IMG/VR virus record: IMGVR_UViG_3300038427_000258
Coordinates: 1-51,980 of that record
Direction: 5' to 3' (one strand)
DNA: 51,980 nt
From: a virus
Taxonomy: Duplodnaviria > Caudoviricetes
Shown here: one piece after another, positions 36,932 through 44,935 of the stretch
How the letters are laid out: every line of letters starts with the position of its first letter
Position numbering within the stretch: the stretch's first letter is position 1
Notes under the pieces: generated by a model
What the model saw: only the letters and a program-made list of their open reading frames with translations
Told to the model about the DNA's origin: nothing
Databases searched by the model: none
Program-made: the position numbers and the translations under genes

Positions 36932-37121
36932 TTGCTTCTCCTTTCAGCGGATACCACGCGCATCCTCCGGCTTCGTCGCAATCGTGAATCCATTGGCGAT
37001 CGCATGAGCATTTCCATTTCGTACCAGCGGGAACACTCGCTTGATGCCTTACGTCGTGTCGATCGCCGCCAATAACGAACTTCGCGTTTCCCAGTTCCCG
37101 TTCGCAACTATGAATGGACAT
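36918..37121 (-). CDS. Small Cys-containing protein
   Basis: AAGGAG SD; WKCSCDRQW. Confidence 0.6.
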   Translation of the reverse strand: MSIHSCERELGNAKFVIGGDRHDVRHQASVPAGTKWKCSCDRQWIHDCDEAGGCAWYPLKGEANGPA

Positions 37122-37135
37122 TTGCTTCTCCTTGG

Positions 37136-37789
37136 TCATTTGCGGTCGAGGGCGGCGCGAGCCTTGTCGTACCACTCCTGTTCGGCTAGGCGAACAAAAG
37201 TAAAGCCGGTTGGTTTGAATAGTTCCGTTGCGTCACGCAGTAGGGCTTCCAGCGTTGCGGTTCTGCCCGTTGGCGTGGCGGCAAGAGCTCCTTCTGCCCG
37301 CGAGCCATCATCGGGTGCCATTTGCACAGCGCCCGCACCTGTATTCGTCCACTCGATACCGTCGCGATAGTATTCCAGCGCCTCCCGCAACTGCGCGGAG
37401 ACTTCCTCGGCGGCGTCGGCACGCTTCTCAGCTTCAATCATGCGCCCTACCGCTTCGGCGCTATCGAGGTTCTCCCATCTCGTCAGGATGAGCATCGCCT
37501 CATGATACTTACGCTGAAATTCATCCCGTTCCTTGATAGCCTCGTCGCGCTGGTCGCGGAGCTGGGCGAGGGCGTTACGAAGAAGTTCATAGTCGGACCA
37601 AGTAACGAAAGGACCGAGAGTCCAATAGTTATCGTCGCGTTTGTGCCAAGAACCTGCATTAAGTGAAATTGATGCACGCGATTCATTTTCGACTTCGACG
37701 AATCTACCGCTCTCGTGGGAGGGTGGGCCGTCAAATAGGACATAGAACTTCTGAGCAATCAGCCCCTCGATGTCGATAGGTTTGCTCAT
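37136..37789 (-). CDS. Mosaic early protein (FDGPPSHESGRFVEVE domain plus coiled coil)
   Basis: AGGAG SD; recognisable phage accessory module. Confidence 0.75.
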   Translation of the reverse strand: MSKPIDIEGLIAQKFYVLFDGPPSHESGRFVEVENESRASISLNAGSWHKRDDNYWTLGPFVTWSDYELLRNALAQLRDQRDEAIKERDEFQRKYHEAMLILTRWENLDSAEAVGRMIEAEKRADAAEEVSAQLREALEYYRDGIEWTNTGAGAVQMAPDDGSRAEGALAATPTGRTATLEALLRDATELFKPTGFTFVRLAEQEWYDKARAALDRK

Positions 37790-38124
37790 GGCTTCTTCTC
37801 CTGTGCGGCGGCGTAGTCGTCAAACCATTTCTTGACCGCAACGAGATACGCTTTAGCGTCTCGGTCGCCCACCGCGAACAAGCCATGCGCCTCCTCCGCC
37901 AACTTCGCGAGCGCGATGAGTGTCGGTGCAGCGTTTGCAAGGGCGACGATGTAGGCGGCGTCCTCGTGTTTGTCGATACCGGCTGCTCTTCCGTGGTTAT
38001 ATGCCTTCACAATTACGTGCAGGATCTCCGGAGACCAGATTTCGTTGTCGTGGTCGCTGAGAGTCCACGGCCCTTTGGTCGCCGCTTCTCCCAACTTGGT
38101 CAACGTGTCGAGTAGGTCGCTCAT
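37786..38124 (-). CDS. Ead/Ea22-like protein
   Basis: AATKGPW...DAAYIVALANAAP.LIA motif. Confidence 0.75.
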   Translation of the reverse strand: MSDLLDTLTKLGEAATKGPWTLSDHDNEIWSPEILHVIVKAYNHGRAAGIDKHEDAAYIVALANAAPTLIALAKLAEEAHGLFAVGDRDAKAYLVAVKKWFDDYAAAQEKKP

Positions 38125-38140
38125 TCGCCTCGCTCCCTTT

Positions 38141-38242
38141 TCACCAATATTTGAGAACAAAGTGATACACGACGAAGCCTAGGACGCCGTAGAGGCAGAC
38201 CCCTAAGAGTACCATCCCAACTAGAAATGTTATTAGCTTCAT
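38141..38242 (-). CDS. 33-aa membrane microprotein
   Basis: MKLITFLVGMVLLGVCLYGVLGFVVYHFVLKYW; ATGA overlap. Confidence 0.6.
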   Translation of the reverse strand: MKLITFLVGMVLLGVCLYGVLGFVVYHFVLKYW

Positions 38243-38556
38243 TCGCCTCGTAGCCTCGTCGCCTTGTCGGTGGATAGCGGCATCCCTGGCATGGTCTTTT
38301 GCGCCTCCGCTGGTACGCCCGAATGGCAGCCGTTGGCCGGCGGCTCGACCAACTTGTAACGTCTTTGGCCAGTTCCGCACACGCACGGCGGTTTTTCATC
38401 TAGGCTGAACCTAATGGTGTTCCAACCACACGAATCGCAGCGAGCAACGCACGAATCGAAGGCTTTGCTCATTTCCGAAACGGATGTTGGCGGCGTCTGC
38501 GCCATCGCGGTGGTTGCGAGGGCGAGGGTTAGGGTGAGGATTGCTAATGTTTTCAT
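38239..38556 (-). CDS. Secreted Cys-rich protein (6 Cys)
   Basis: AAGGAG SD; MKTLAILTLTLALATTAMA|Q. Confidence 0.75.
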   Translation of the reverse strand: MKTLAILTLTLALATTAMAQTPPTSVSEMSKAFDSCVARCDSCGWNTIRFSLDEKPPCVCGTGQRRYKLVEPPANGCHSGVPAEAQKTMPGMPLSTDKATRLRGE

Positions 38557-38601
38557 ATGTTGCTCCTTCTCAGTTCCCGTAGTTGAACAGCCGCCCGCGC
38601 G

Positions 38602-38826
38602 TCAGGTGCGCACCAACTTGGCTGTTGCCAAGTTAATGTCGCGCACGAGTTCTAAAAACTCATCCGATTCAGAATCGCTTGGCTTCAAGCCCCATCCCTC
38701 CGCGGCGGATTCGCAGTATTCCATCAAGGCGTTATACTCATCTTCGCGACCGGCCTTTTTGAAGAGTCCCGCAGCGATAGAAATTCCGCGAATAGTAAAT
38801 AGTCTGTCTCGTTCGGTTAAGGGCAT
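38602..38826 (-). CDS. Hypothetical protein
   Basis: ORF in the leftward chain. Confidence 0.65.
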   Translation of the reverse strand: MPLTERDRLFTIRGISIAAGLFKKAGREDEYNALMEYCESAAEGWGLKPSDSESDEFLELVRDINLATAKLVRT

Positions 38827-38841
38827 GGTATTTCTTTCGCG

Positions 38842-39009
38842 TCAGTAGATGCCCATCGCCAGCGCGCATGCCACGGCGCTCGCGAGGACGATCAAACAGG
38901 CGACGATCTCCTTGGCGCGGTTGATGAAGCCGAGCCGCTCGCATGGGGCGACCATACTTCGAGGGACTTTCATTCTCTCGTGGATTGGATAGATGTTATT
39001 TCGTCTCAT
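38842..39009 (-). CDS. Small protein with C-terminal TM helix
   Basis: Hydrophobic C-terminus. Confidence 0.5.
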   Translation of the reverse strand: MRRNNIYPIHERMKVPRSMVAPCERLGFINRAKEIVACLIVLASAVACALAMGIY

Positions 39010-39214
39010 GCGGATCGTCCCTTTGCAGAAATTGGTGGTGCATTTCGATGATGCTCTTATTCCGTTCCCATTGAACTCTGATGCTTGGTCTCTTTCTGCC
39101 GAAGCCACGCACGATGGCCGTGCGACCCTTAAAGTTGTCGAATTGCGCTCGACCTTGCGGACTTAACTTCACCCGATCGCCTATCTGCAAGAGCGCCATT
39201 TCGTTATAGGTCAT
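38996..39214 (-). CDS. SH3/KOW-like small protein
   Basis: LQIGDRVKL...GRTAIV.G....IRVQW. Confidence 0.6.
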   Translation of the reverse strand: MTYNEMALLQIGDRVKLSPQGRAQFDNFKGRTAIVRGFGRKRPSIRVQWERNKSIIEMHHQFLQRDDPHETK

Positions 39215-39398
39215 CGCGCTTCTCCGCCCCCATCTTCTTCGTCCACTCGACAATCGCATCGCGCCGGAAGCGCCAGTCCGTGCCCACTCTGAACGCGCCC
39301 GGTATCTCGCGCCGCTTGAGCATCCTATAGATCGTGGAAGAATGGCATTTAAGATAGTCGGCGAGTTCGCCAACGGTCATTATGTCGGAGGCATACAT
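39204..39398 (-). CDS. Excisionase-like HTH (HTH_17) DNA-binding protein
   Basis: IMTVGELADYLKCHSSTIYRMLKRREIPGAFRVGTDWRF. Confidence 0.9.
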   Translation of the reverse strand: MYASDIMTVGELADYLKCHSSTIYRMLKRREIPGAFRVGTDWRFRRDAIVEWTKKMGAEKRDDL

Positions 39399-39400
39399 GG

Positions 39401-40309
39401 CTACTTCGCGAGCGCGCCTAGACTATCCAGCGCCTCTCCACCCGCCTGAATCAGTTCCCTCACCGCCCGCCTCACGTCCTCGGCCGCATTCATCGCGGCC
39501 TCAATCCGGCGCCGGTCGGGCCGTCCCTTCTTTGTTACCAAATTGGCGAGGCGTGGCTTGAGGTTCTTCTGCATCTGGTCGCGGCAGGCTTTCGCCGCGG
39601 ATTCGAGGCGCGCGGGGTCCCAAATCTCCGGCTCGGGCTCCGGCTCCGCTTCGTCGAGGTCTACGCTCTCGCCCGGCTCGGCCTTCCGCTTCTTGCGTTC
39701 CTGCTTGGGCTTGGCCTTCGGCGCGGCATCACGTGGCGCGTACTTCTCCTGAATCTCCGTCTTCAGTTCCAGCACCGTCATGCTGCCCTTCGCGCGAACG
39801 ACCTTGCCGAGCCAGAACGCGATGGCGTCCAGTCGCGCGCACTCGCAATCGTTGCATCCCGTCTCGAAGCCGGCATTATGAACGAGACAGTGCTCTTTGA
39901 TGCCCGCGACGGTAACGTGGTGCTGGAATGTCGCCGGACGCCGCGCCCGATACTGCGCAGGGATGGCGGTACACACCCACTCGCAGCGGTCGGCCAGCTC
40001 GCGCGAGATACCGAGCGCCTCCATCACTTCGTAGCGCCGCTCCTTCACCTTGGCGCGCCCGCTGATCATCAGATCGCCAATGTAGAAGTGGCGCGCTTCG
40101 CCGAGCACGCCGACAAACGACGCCTTCTCGCGCCATTCCTTGACGCCCAGGTCGAGCGGGAGCTGCCAGCCGGTAGTGGACGCTTCCGCGAGAAGCGGAG
40201 CGAGGTCGGTGGCGAGGCCGTTGAGCGCGGGGAGGGTGGCGACTTCCTCGGGCTCTTCGGGCTCCAGTTCGCGTTCAGAGTATTCGGCTTCGGTGATTTC
40301 TGTGGACAT
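39401..40309 (-). CDS. Hypothetical protein, LmbU-like N-terminal domain
   Basis: AAGGAG SD; EW...G...HFYIGD...TFQHH..VA pattern. Confidence 0.6.
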   Translation of the reverse strand: MSTEITEAEYSERELEPEEPEEVATLPALNGLATDLAPLLAEASTTGWQLPLDLGVKEWREKASFVGVLGEARHFYIGDLMISGRAKVKERRYEVMEALGISRELADRCEWVCTAIPAQYRARRPATFQHHVTVAGIKEHCLVHNAGFETGCNDCECARLDAIAFWLGKVVRAKGSMTVLELKTEIQEKYAPRDAAPKAKPKQERKKRKAEPGESVDLDEAEPEPEPEIWDPARLESAAKACRDQMQKNLKPRLANLVTKKGRPDRRRIEAAMNAAEDVRRAVRELIQAGGEALDSLGALAK

Positions 40310-40321
40310 TGGGGTCTCCTT

Positions 40322-40996
40322 TTAGTTTTTGCCAGTTAGGAATTTGTCGAGGTCATACGCCTCGCGATACAGCTCGAACATGCGGAACGCCTTCGCGAGC
40401 TTCGGATGCGCGAGCGGAAACGAGCGATGCTCGAAGTCCGCGCCGTCCTTGCCGAACCGCACGACGTGAATATTGCCGGTAATCGGCTGGTCGGGTCGGT
40501 TGACATTCCAAAGATGCTGATAGGCTGCGAGCTGGATGAGGTTGTCGAAGTAGAACGATTTCGATGACTTCCAGTCGAGAAGCGAGAGCGTGTCATCTTT
40601 CTCGACCGCGATGGCGTCGGGCGTCCCGCCAAAACGGTGGCACTCGCAGACCAGCGGAACCTCGACTGGCGCGATTTCGAGGTGCATCCCCTCCGCCCAT
40701 CGCGTGAAGGCCGCGAAGCCGGAGTTGGCCTGATCCGCGTGCTCCCGCTTCATTCCAGCGGGCATGTCGGGCAGCGGCTGGTTGCGCACGCACGCCTCGA
40801 TCATCTCGTGAATCTGGGTGCCGACATCGCCCGCCGCGTCGCGCGACTCGTAAAGCGGCTCGTTGGGGAAGTCCTTACCGCGCTTCCACGCCCATTGAAT
40901 GAGCGCGCCGGACTCCTTGAAGCGACCGATGATCGTGGTGGTGCCAGGGACTTTCGTGCCGTCCTTGACGCGGTAGCCTTCTTTCGGGGTTGCCAT
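40322..40996 (-). CDS. PD-(D/E)XK exonuclease (RecB/lambda-exo superfamily)
   Basis: VPGTTTI, GTQIH, E.PL, GGTPD, LLDWKSS and QLAAY motifs. Confidence 0.9.
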   Translation of the reverse strand: MATPKEGYRVKDGTKVPGTTTIIGRFKESGALIQWAWKRGKDFPNEPLYESRDAAGDVGTQIHEMIEACVRNQPLPDMPAGMKREHADQANSGFAAFTRWAEGMHLEIAPVEVPLVCECHRFGGTPDAIAVEKDDTLSLLDWKSSKSFYFDNLIQLAAYQHLWNVNRPDQPITGNIHVVRFGKDGADFEHRSFPLAHPKLAKAFRMFELYREAYDLDKFLTGKN

Positions 40997-41206
40997 TTAC
41001 AATTCTCCGTAGCCGCGCCGAATTTCGGGTGTCGCGCGGCGTTTGTTGAGTTCAATGTCCGAAATGTACTGATCGCTGACGCCGAGGCGCTTCGCCATTT
41101 GCTTTGCGCTCATTCCCAATCCTACGCGAAGTTGTCGCAACACCTCGCCGCACGGCACCTTGCCAGTGCCTCCACAGGTCGTGCAATCGTTGTAGCGGTT
41201 CTTCAT
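40997..41206 (-). CDS. XRE/Cro-type HTH with an N-terminal CxxCxGxG zinc knuckle
   Basis: LRQLRVGLGMSAKQMAKRLGVSDQYISDIELNKR. Confidence 0.85.
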   Translation of the reverse strand: MKNRYNDCTTCGGTGKVPCGEVLRQLRVGLGMSAKQMAKRLGVSDQYISDIELNKRRATPEIRRGYGEL

Positions 41207-41215
41207 GGAAAATAA

Positions 41216-41290
41216 TTTGTATGCGTTTTCGAAATATCTGTCAAGCGGATAAGCGGTTTGCTTGACAAGAAAATCGCGACGCGCTAAATT
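41216..41290. promoter_or_regulatory. Back-to-back sigma70 promoters
   Basis: Leftward TTGACA(41244-41239)-17-TACAAA; rightward TTGACA(41262-41267)-17-TAAATT; inverted repeat TGTCAAGC/GCTTGACA. Confidence 0.75.
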
Positions 41291-41312
41291 TCGCGCATCG
41301 GGAGAAAACAGA

Positions 41313-41561
41313 ATGAAGCGATGTGAGAAATGTGACCAGCCGTGCGACGTGGAGACCGTCTACTGGGAAGAGTCCCACGGATTCAGCCAAGGGCCGCGCG
41401 AGCAGTGGAGCGCGGAAGTGTCTGATTGCTGCCACGTCGAAGTCTACGAGGATGGAAAGGATGAGCCGGACGCGCCGAACGACCACGCGGCCGCTTTTGC
41501 GGAAATGCTGTTCGAGTACGGCGTGCGGCTCGCGAAGGAGCAAGCAACCAATGGCAAATGA
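41313..41561 (+). CDS. Small Cys-containing early protein
   Basis: GGAG SD; CEKC...SDCC. Confidence 0.7.
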   Translation: MKRCEKCDQPCDVETVYWEESHGFSQGPREQWSAEVSDCCHVEVYEDGKDEPDAPNDHAAAFAEMLFEYGVRLAKEQATNGK

Positions 41562-42510
41562 ACTAACAGTGGTCGAGCAGGCGGACTTAACCAAAGACCT
41601 CGCGTCGCTTTATCGCGTGACGCCGGGCGAGCTAATCAAAACCGTCAAGGCGCAATGCTTTCCCGGCGGGGCCGCGAGTGACGCGCAGCTCGTGATGTTC
41701 CTGACGGTGTGCCGCGAGCGCAAGCTCAATCCCTTTATGAAGGAAGTCTATGCCTTCATGCAGGGCGGCAAGATGCAAATCGGCGTCGAAATCGACGGCT
41801 GGATTCGCAAGGCGAACGAGCATCCGCAATATGATGGGTGCTCGTTTGACGACAGCTACGTTAACGACAAGCTGTTTAGTGTGACGTGCAAGATTTTCCG
41901 CAAGGACCGGAAGCATGCGGGCGAGTACACGGCATTGTTCAGCGAGTGGAACGTGTCGAGCAACCAGGTGTGGAAGGACAAGCCGCGTCACATGCTGGGG
42001 ATCAAGGCGTTCAACCAGTGCGCGCGTTTCACGTTGGGGCTGACGGGAATCACGGACGAGGAAGCGCAGGAGTTCGCGGGTGCGAGCGGGGCGGCGTCGG
42101 CGCCGGTGGTGGCGGAGGAGCCGGAAGAGGCGGTGGTGGTGGCGGTGGATGAGGAAACGGGCGAGGTGGTGGGCGCGACGCCGCCCGAAGAACTAAACGA
42201 GTCCGCTGCGGGCGCCCAGGCTGAGTCGGAGAGCAGCCGGTCTGCCGGTTCGACTCCGGCCCCGGCTCAGCCACCTTACAAAACTGTCAAGGAACAAGTC
42301 GCAGCAGCAATGCCCGAAAACGCGAAAATCGCCGAAGAGGAGAAAAAGCGCGGTCGCCCCAAGTCCGCGAAAACCAAGCTTAAGGAGATGAACCTGCCGA
42401 GCGCGCGCATCACGGTCATCTGCGGACAAGCGGGCGTCGCGAAGCTGGATGACTTAACTGAGGAGCAAGCGGCGGCAGCGGTCGCGCGGCTCGAAAAGCG
42501 AGGTAAGTAA
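41551..42510 (+). CDS. recT: RecT/Bet single-strand annealing protein
   Basis: SDAQLVMFL.VC...LNPF.KEVY, IDGW, HPQYDG, TCKIFRKDR, W...PRHML..KA..QCAR..GL.GI. Confidence 0.92.
   Translation: MANELTVVEQADLTKDLASLYRVTPGELIKTVKAQCFPGGAASDAQLVMFLTVCRERKLNPFMKEVYAFMQGGKMQIGVEIDGWIRKANEHPQYDGCSFDDSYVNDKLFSVTCKIFRKDRKHAGEYTALFSEWNVSSNQVWKDKPRHMLGIKAFNQCARFTLGLTGITDEEAQEFAGASGAASAPVVAEEPEEAVVVAVDEETGEVVGATPPEELNESAAGAQAESESSRSAGSTPAPAQPPYKTVKEQVAAAMPENAKIAEEEKKRGRPKSAKTKLKEMNLPSARITVICGQAGVAKLDDLTEEQAAAAVARLEKRGK
42219..42273 (+). other. tRNA-like element (long acceptor-type stem plus perfect T-arm) inside recT
   Basis: GCCGG-TTCGACT-CCGGC T-arm; GGCTGAGTCGG pairs with CCGGCTCAGCC; no anticodon arm. 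Confidence 0.55.
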
Positions 42511-42511
42511 G

Positions 42512-43147
42512 ATGGGTGTAAAAGTGTCATTCAAAGACGTACCGGATGCCGGCCAAGGCGGAACGATTCCTCTCGGCAAGTACCCGTGCCGACTTCACGT
42601 TGACGCCTATCAAGTTGACGAGCAGAAGAATCCGATGCTCGACGGCGACGGCAACAAGGTGTTCTATCGTTCCTCGAATCAGGACATCCAGTGGAAAATC
42701 CGACTGGAAATTCTCGATGGACCATTCGCTGGACGCGAGTTGTTCGACCAGTTGACCTTCTCGTCGGGTGGGCTCAAGCGCATCAAGGTGCTCGCGTCGC
42801 GCATCGGCCTCGACACGCAGAACGAAATCGAGATGGAGCCGGAGGACTTAGACGGAAGCTATTGGAACGTCGAGGTAGATCGGCACGAGGTCGCGCAGAC
42901 CAAGCAGGGCACCGTGAAGGAATCGAAGTACACCTTCCATCGCGGCTCGTGTGTCTGCGACACTTGCAAGACTTACGACCAGAAGAACGTGAATGTGAAC
43001 TCGCGCATCGCGTTCGCGGGCTTCGAGTTGATGGATAGCGAGACCGCGATGCGGCTGAGCAAGGTTCACAAGAAGGAAAAGGTGAGCGGCGATGGATCGG
43101 CTAGTTCTACAGAATCAGGGGAAAGTTCGTCCAAGCTTCCCTTCTAA
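42512..43147 (+). CDS. DUF669-like ssDNA-binding protein
   Basis: IP.GKY, LEILDGPFAGRELFD; SSB-like C-terminal LPF. Confidence 0.75.
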   Translation: MGVKVSFKDVPDAGQGGTIPLGKYPCRLHVDAYQVDEQKNPMLDGDGNKVFYRSSNQDIQWKIRLEILDGPFAGRELFDQLTFSSGGLKRIKVLASRIGLDTQNEIEMEPEDLDGSYWNVEVDRHEVAQTKQGTVKESKYTFHRGSCVCDTCKTYDQKNVNVNSRIAFAGFELMDSETAMRLSKVHKKEKVSGDGSASSTESGESSSKLPF

Positions 43148-44816
43148 AGCGCTCTCGTCGGTCGAGGGCTGGGGTCCGGCGTTGTGCGCCCGCGCGGCGA
43201 AGCGCTGGCCCAAGCTCCTCGACGACCCGGAGCTGCGCGCCGACCCCTACCAGCTTCAGGAGCTTCACGGCGTGGGGTTCCTGAAGGCGGACGCGGCAGC
43301 GCTCGCCATCGGCATCGCGAAGGATGCGCCCGCGCGCCTCAACGCAGCGGCGGGCTACGTTCTCGCGAACGCTGAGCAGGAAGGTCATACCGGACTGCCG
43401 GTGAACGAGTTCGCGAAGCGGATGGGCGAAGCAATTGGGATGCGCCTGCCGCGCGAGGTCGAGTTCGACGAGACGCTAATCGAGTTGGATGATGATTTCG
43501 TGCAGCGCGTGGCGACGGCGCGGGCCGAGCGCGCGGTCGCGATGGTGTTGAAAGGTATGATGCGCGAGCGCGAGCCGCTGCCGGAGTTCGACACAGCCGG
43601 CCTCGCGAACGACCAAAAGGAGGCAGTCGATGCGATTCGTTACTTCCCTGTGTTTGTACTGCTTGGCGGCCCCGGGGTGGGCAAGACTCACACTATTAGG
43701 ACTCTACTTAATGGTTTGGGGGAGCTGGACGTGGCGCTCTGCGCGCCGACTGGCAAGGCAGCGAAGCGCATTGAAGAACTTTCGGGACGACCCGCGCAGA
43801 CCATACATCGGCTTTTGAGGCCGAATTTCGAGAGCGAGAAGTGCGCGCACTCGGCCGGCTTCTCGTTTCAGTACAACCGGACGCATCCGCTGCCTCACGA
43901 CGTGGTAATCGTGGACGAGGCGTCGATGATAGACATCCGGCTGATGGCGGACTTGTGCGAGGCGCTCGGGCCGGATGCGCGGCTGATTCTGGTGGGAGAC
44001 CCGTTCCAGTTGCCTGCGGTTGGACCTGGTGCCGTGCTGCGCGACTTGACGCGAGCAAATGCGGCGCACACCGGCCATTGCGTCCCGAACTTCGAGCTGA
44101 CCGAACTCAAGCGACAAGACCCTGCACTGCTCATCGCGAAGAATTGTAAGGCAATTCGCTACGAAAAGCGCGTTTTCGTAGACAACAGCGCGGCCGCGGA
44201 CTTCTTTTTCGCGGAGGAGCGGGATGCCGCGAAGGCCAAGGCGCTCATCGTGGACCTCGTGACGAAGCGCCTACCTGCGAAGTACGGTCTCGACCCCGTG
44301 AAGGACATCATGGTACTTACGGCGCTGCGTGATCGCGGCGAGTTGTCCGCGAAGTCGCTCAACCTCGCGCTCCGTGAGAAGCTGAATCCCGATGCCGTGA
44401 TGACGGTGTGGCCGGCGTTCTATCCGGGCGACCGCGTGATACAGCTATCGAACAACTACCAGCTCGATATTATGAACGGCGACATCGGGACGGTTCGTGA
44501 AGTCGAGGGCGCGTCGCTGATGGTGGAGTTCGACACACCGAAGCGCGAGGTTGAAGAGGACCGCGAGGAGTTTCATCTCGACCTCGCGTATGCGCTGACG
44601 GTTCACAAGTTTCAAGGTTCGGAAGCGCCGTGGGTGGTCATCCCCGTTCACGAAGAGATGGGCGCGATGGTGCCGGCGGCGCAATGGCTCTATACGGCGG
44701 TGTCGCGCGCTCGGAAGGGTTGCGTGCTGGTGGGCACGCGCAGCGCGCTCGACGCGATGGCTGCGCGACATAGGGACGTGATGCGGTGGACAAAATTGGC
44801 GAGGTTGCTGCAATGA
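43092..44816 (+). CDS. recD2: RecD2-like SF1B helicase
   Basis: GVGFLKAD HhH, GGPGVGKT, APTGKAAKR, TIHRLL, VDEASM, GDPFQLP.V, NGDIG, YALTVHKFQGSE, LYTAVSRAR. Confidence 0.93.
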   Translation: MDRLVLQNQGKVRPSFPSKALSSVEGWGPALCARAAKRWPKLLDDPELRADPYQLQELHGVGFLKADAAALAIGIAKDAPARLNAAAGYVLANAEQEGHTGLPVNEFAKRMGEAIGMRLPREVEFDETLIELDDDFVQRVATARAERAVAMVLKGMMREREPLPEFDTAGLANDQKEAVDAIRYFPVFVLLGGPGVGKTHTIRTLLNGLGELDVALCAPTGKAAKRIEELSGRPAQTIHRLLRPNFESEKCAHSAGFSFQYNRTHPLPHDVVIVDEASMIDIRLMADLCEALGPDARLILVGDPFQLPAVGPGAVLRDLTRANAAHTGHCVPNFELTELKRQDPALLIAKNCKAIRYEKRVFVDNSAAADFFFAEERDAAKAKALIVDLVTKRLPAKYGLDPVKDIMVLTALRDRGELSAKSLNLALREKLNPDAVMTVWPAFYPGDRVIQLSNNYQLDIMNGDIGTVREVEGASLMVEFDTPKREVEEDREEFHLDLAYALTVHKFQGSEAPWVVIPVHEEMGAMVPAAQWLYTAVSRARKGCVLVGTRSALDAMAARHRDVMRWTKLARLLQ

Positions 44817-44935
44817 AAATCGACTGGACTGAAATTCGTTGGAGACTGTGGGGCGCCTGGCGGTCGTTATGTGGCAACTACCCGCTTCGCGCAGAAAAAT
44901 CATATCCATGGCGCGGGCTATTTATTCCAAAGTGA
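44813..44935 (+). CDS. 40-aa Trp-rich microprotein
   Basis: ATGA and GTGA overlaps fill the gap between recD2 and the nuclease. Confidence 0.5.
   Translation: MKIDWTEIRWRLWGAWRSLCGNYPLRAEKSYPWRGLFIPK

Noticed and set aside
39204-39398. Evidence of an integration module
   Set aside because: Xis-like HTH only; no tyrosine or serine recombinase motif and no supported attP
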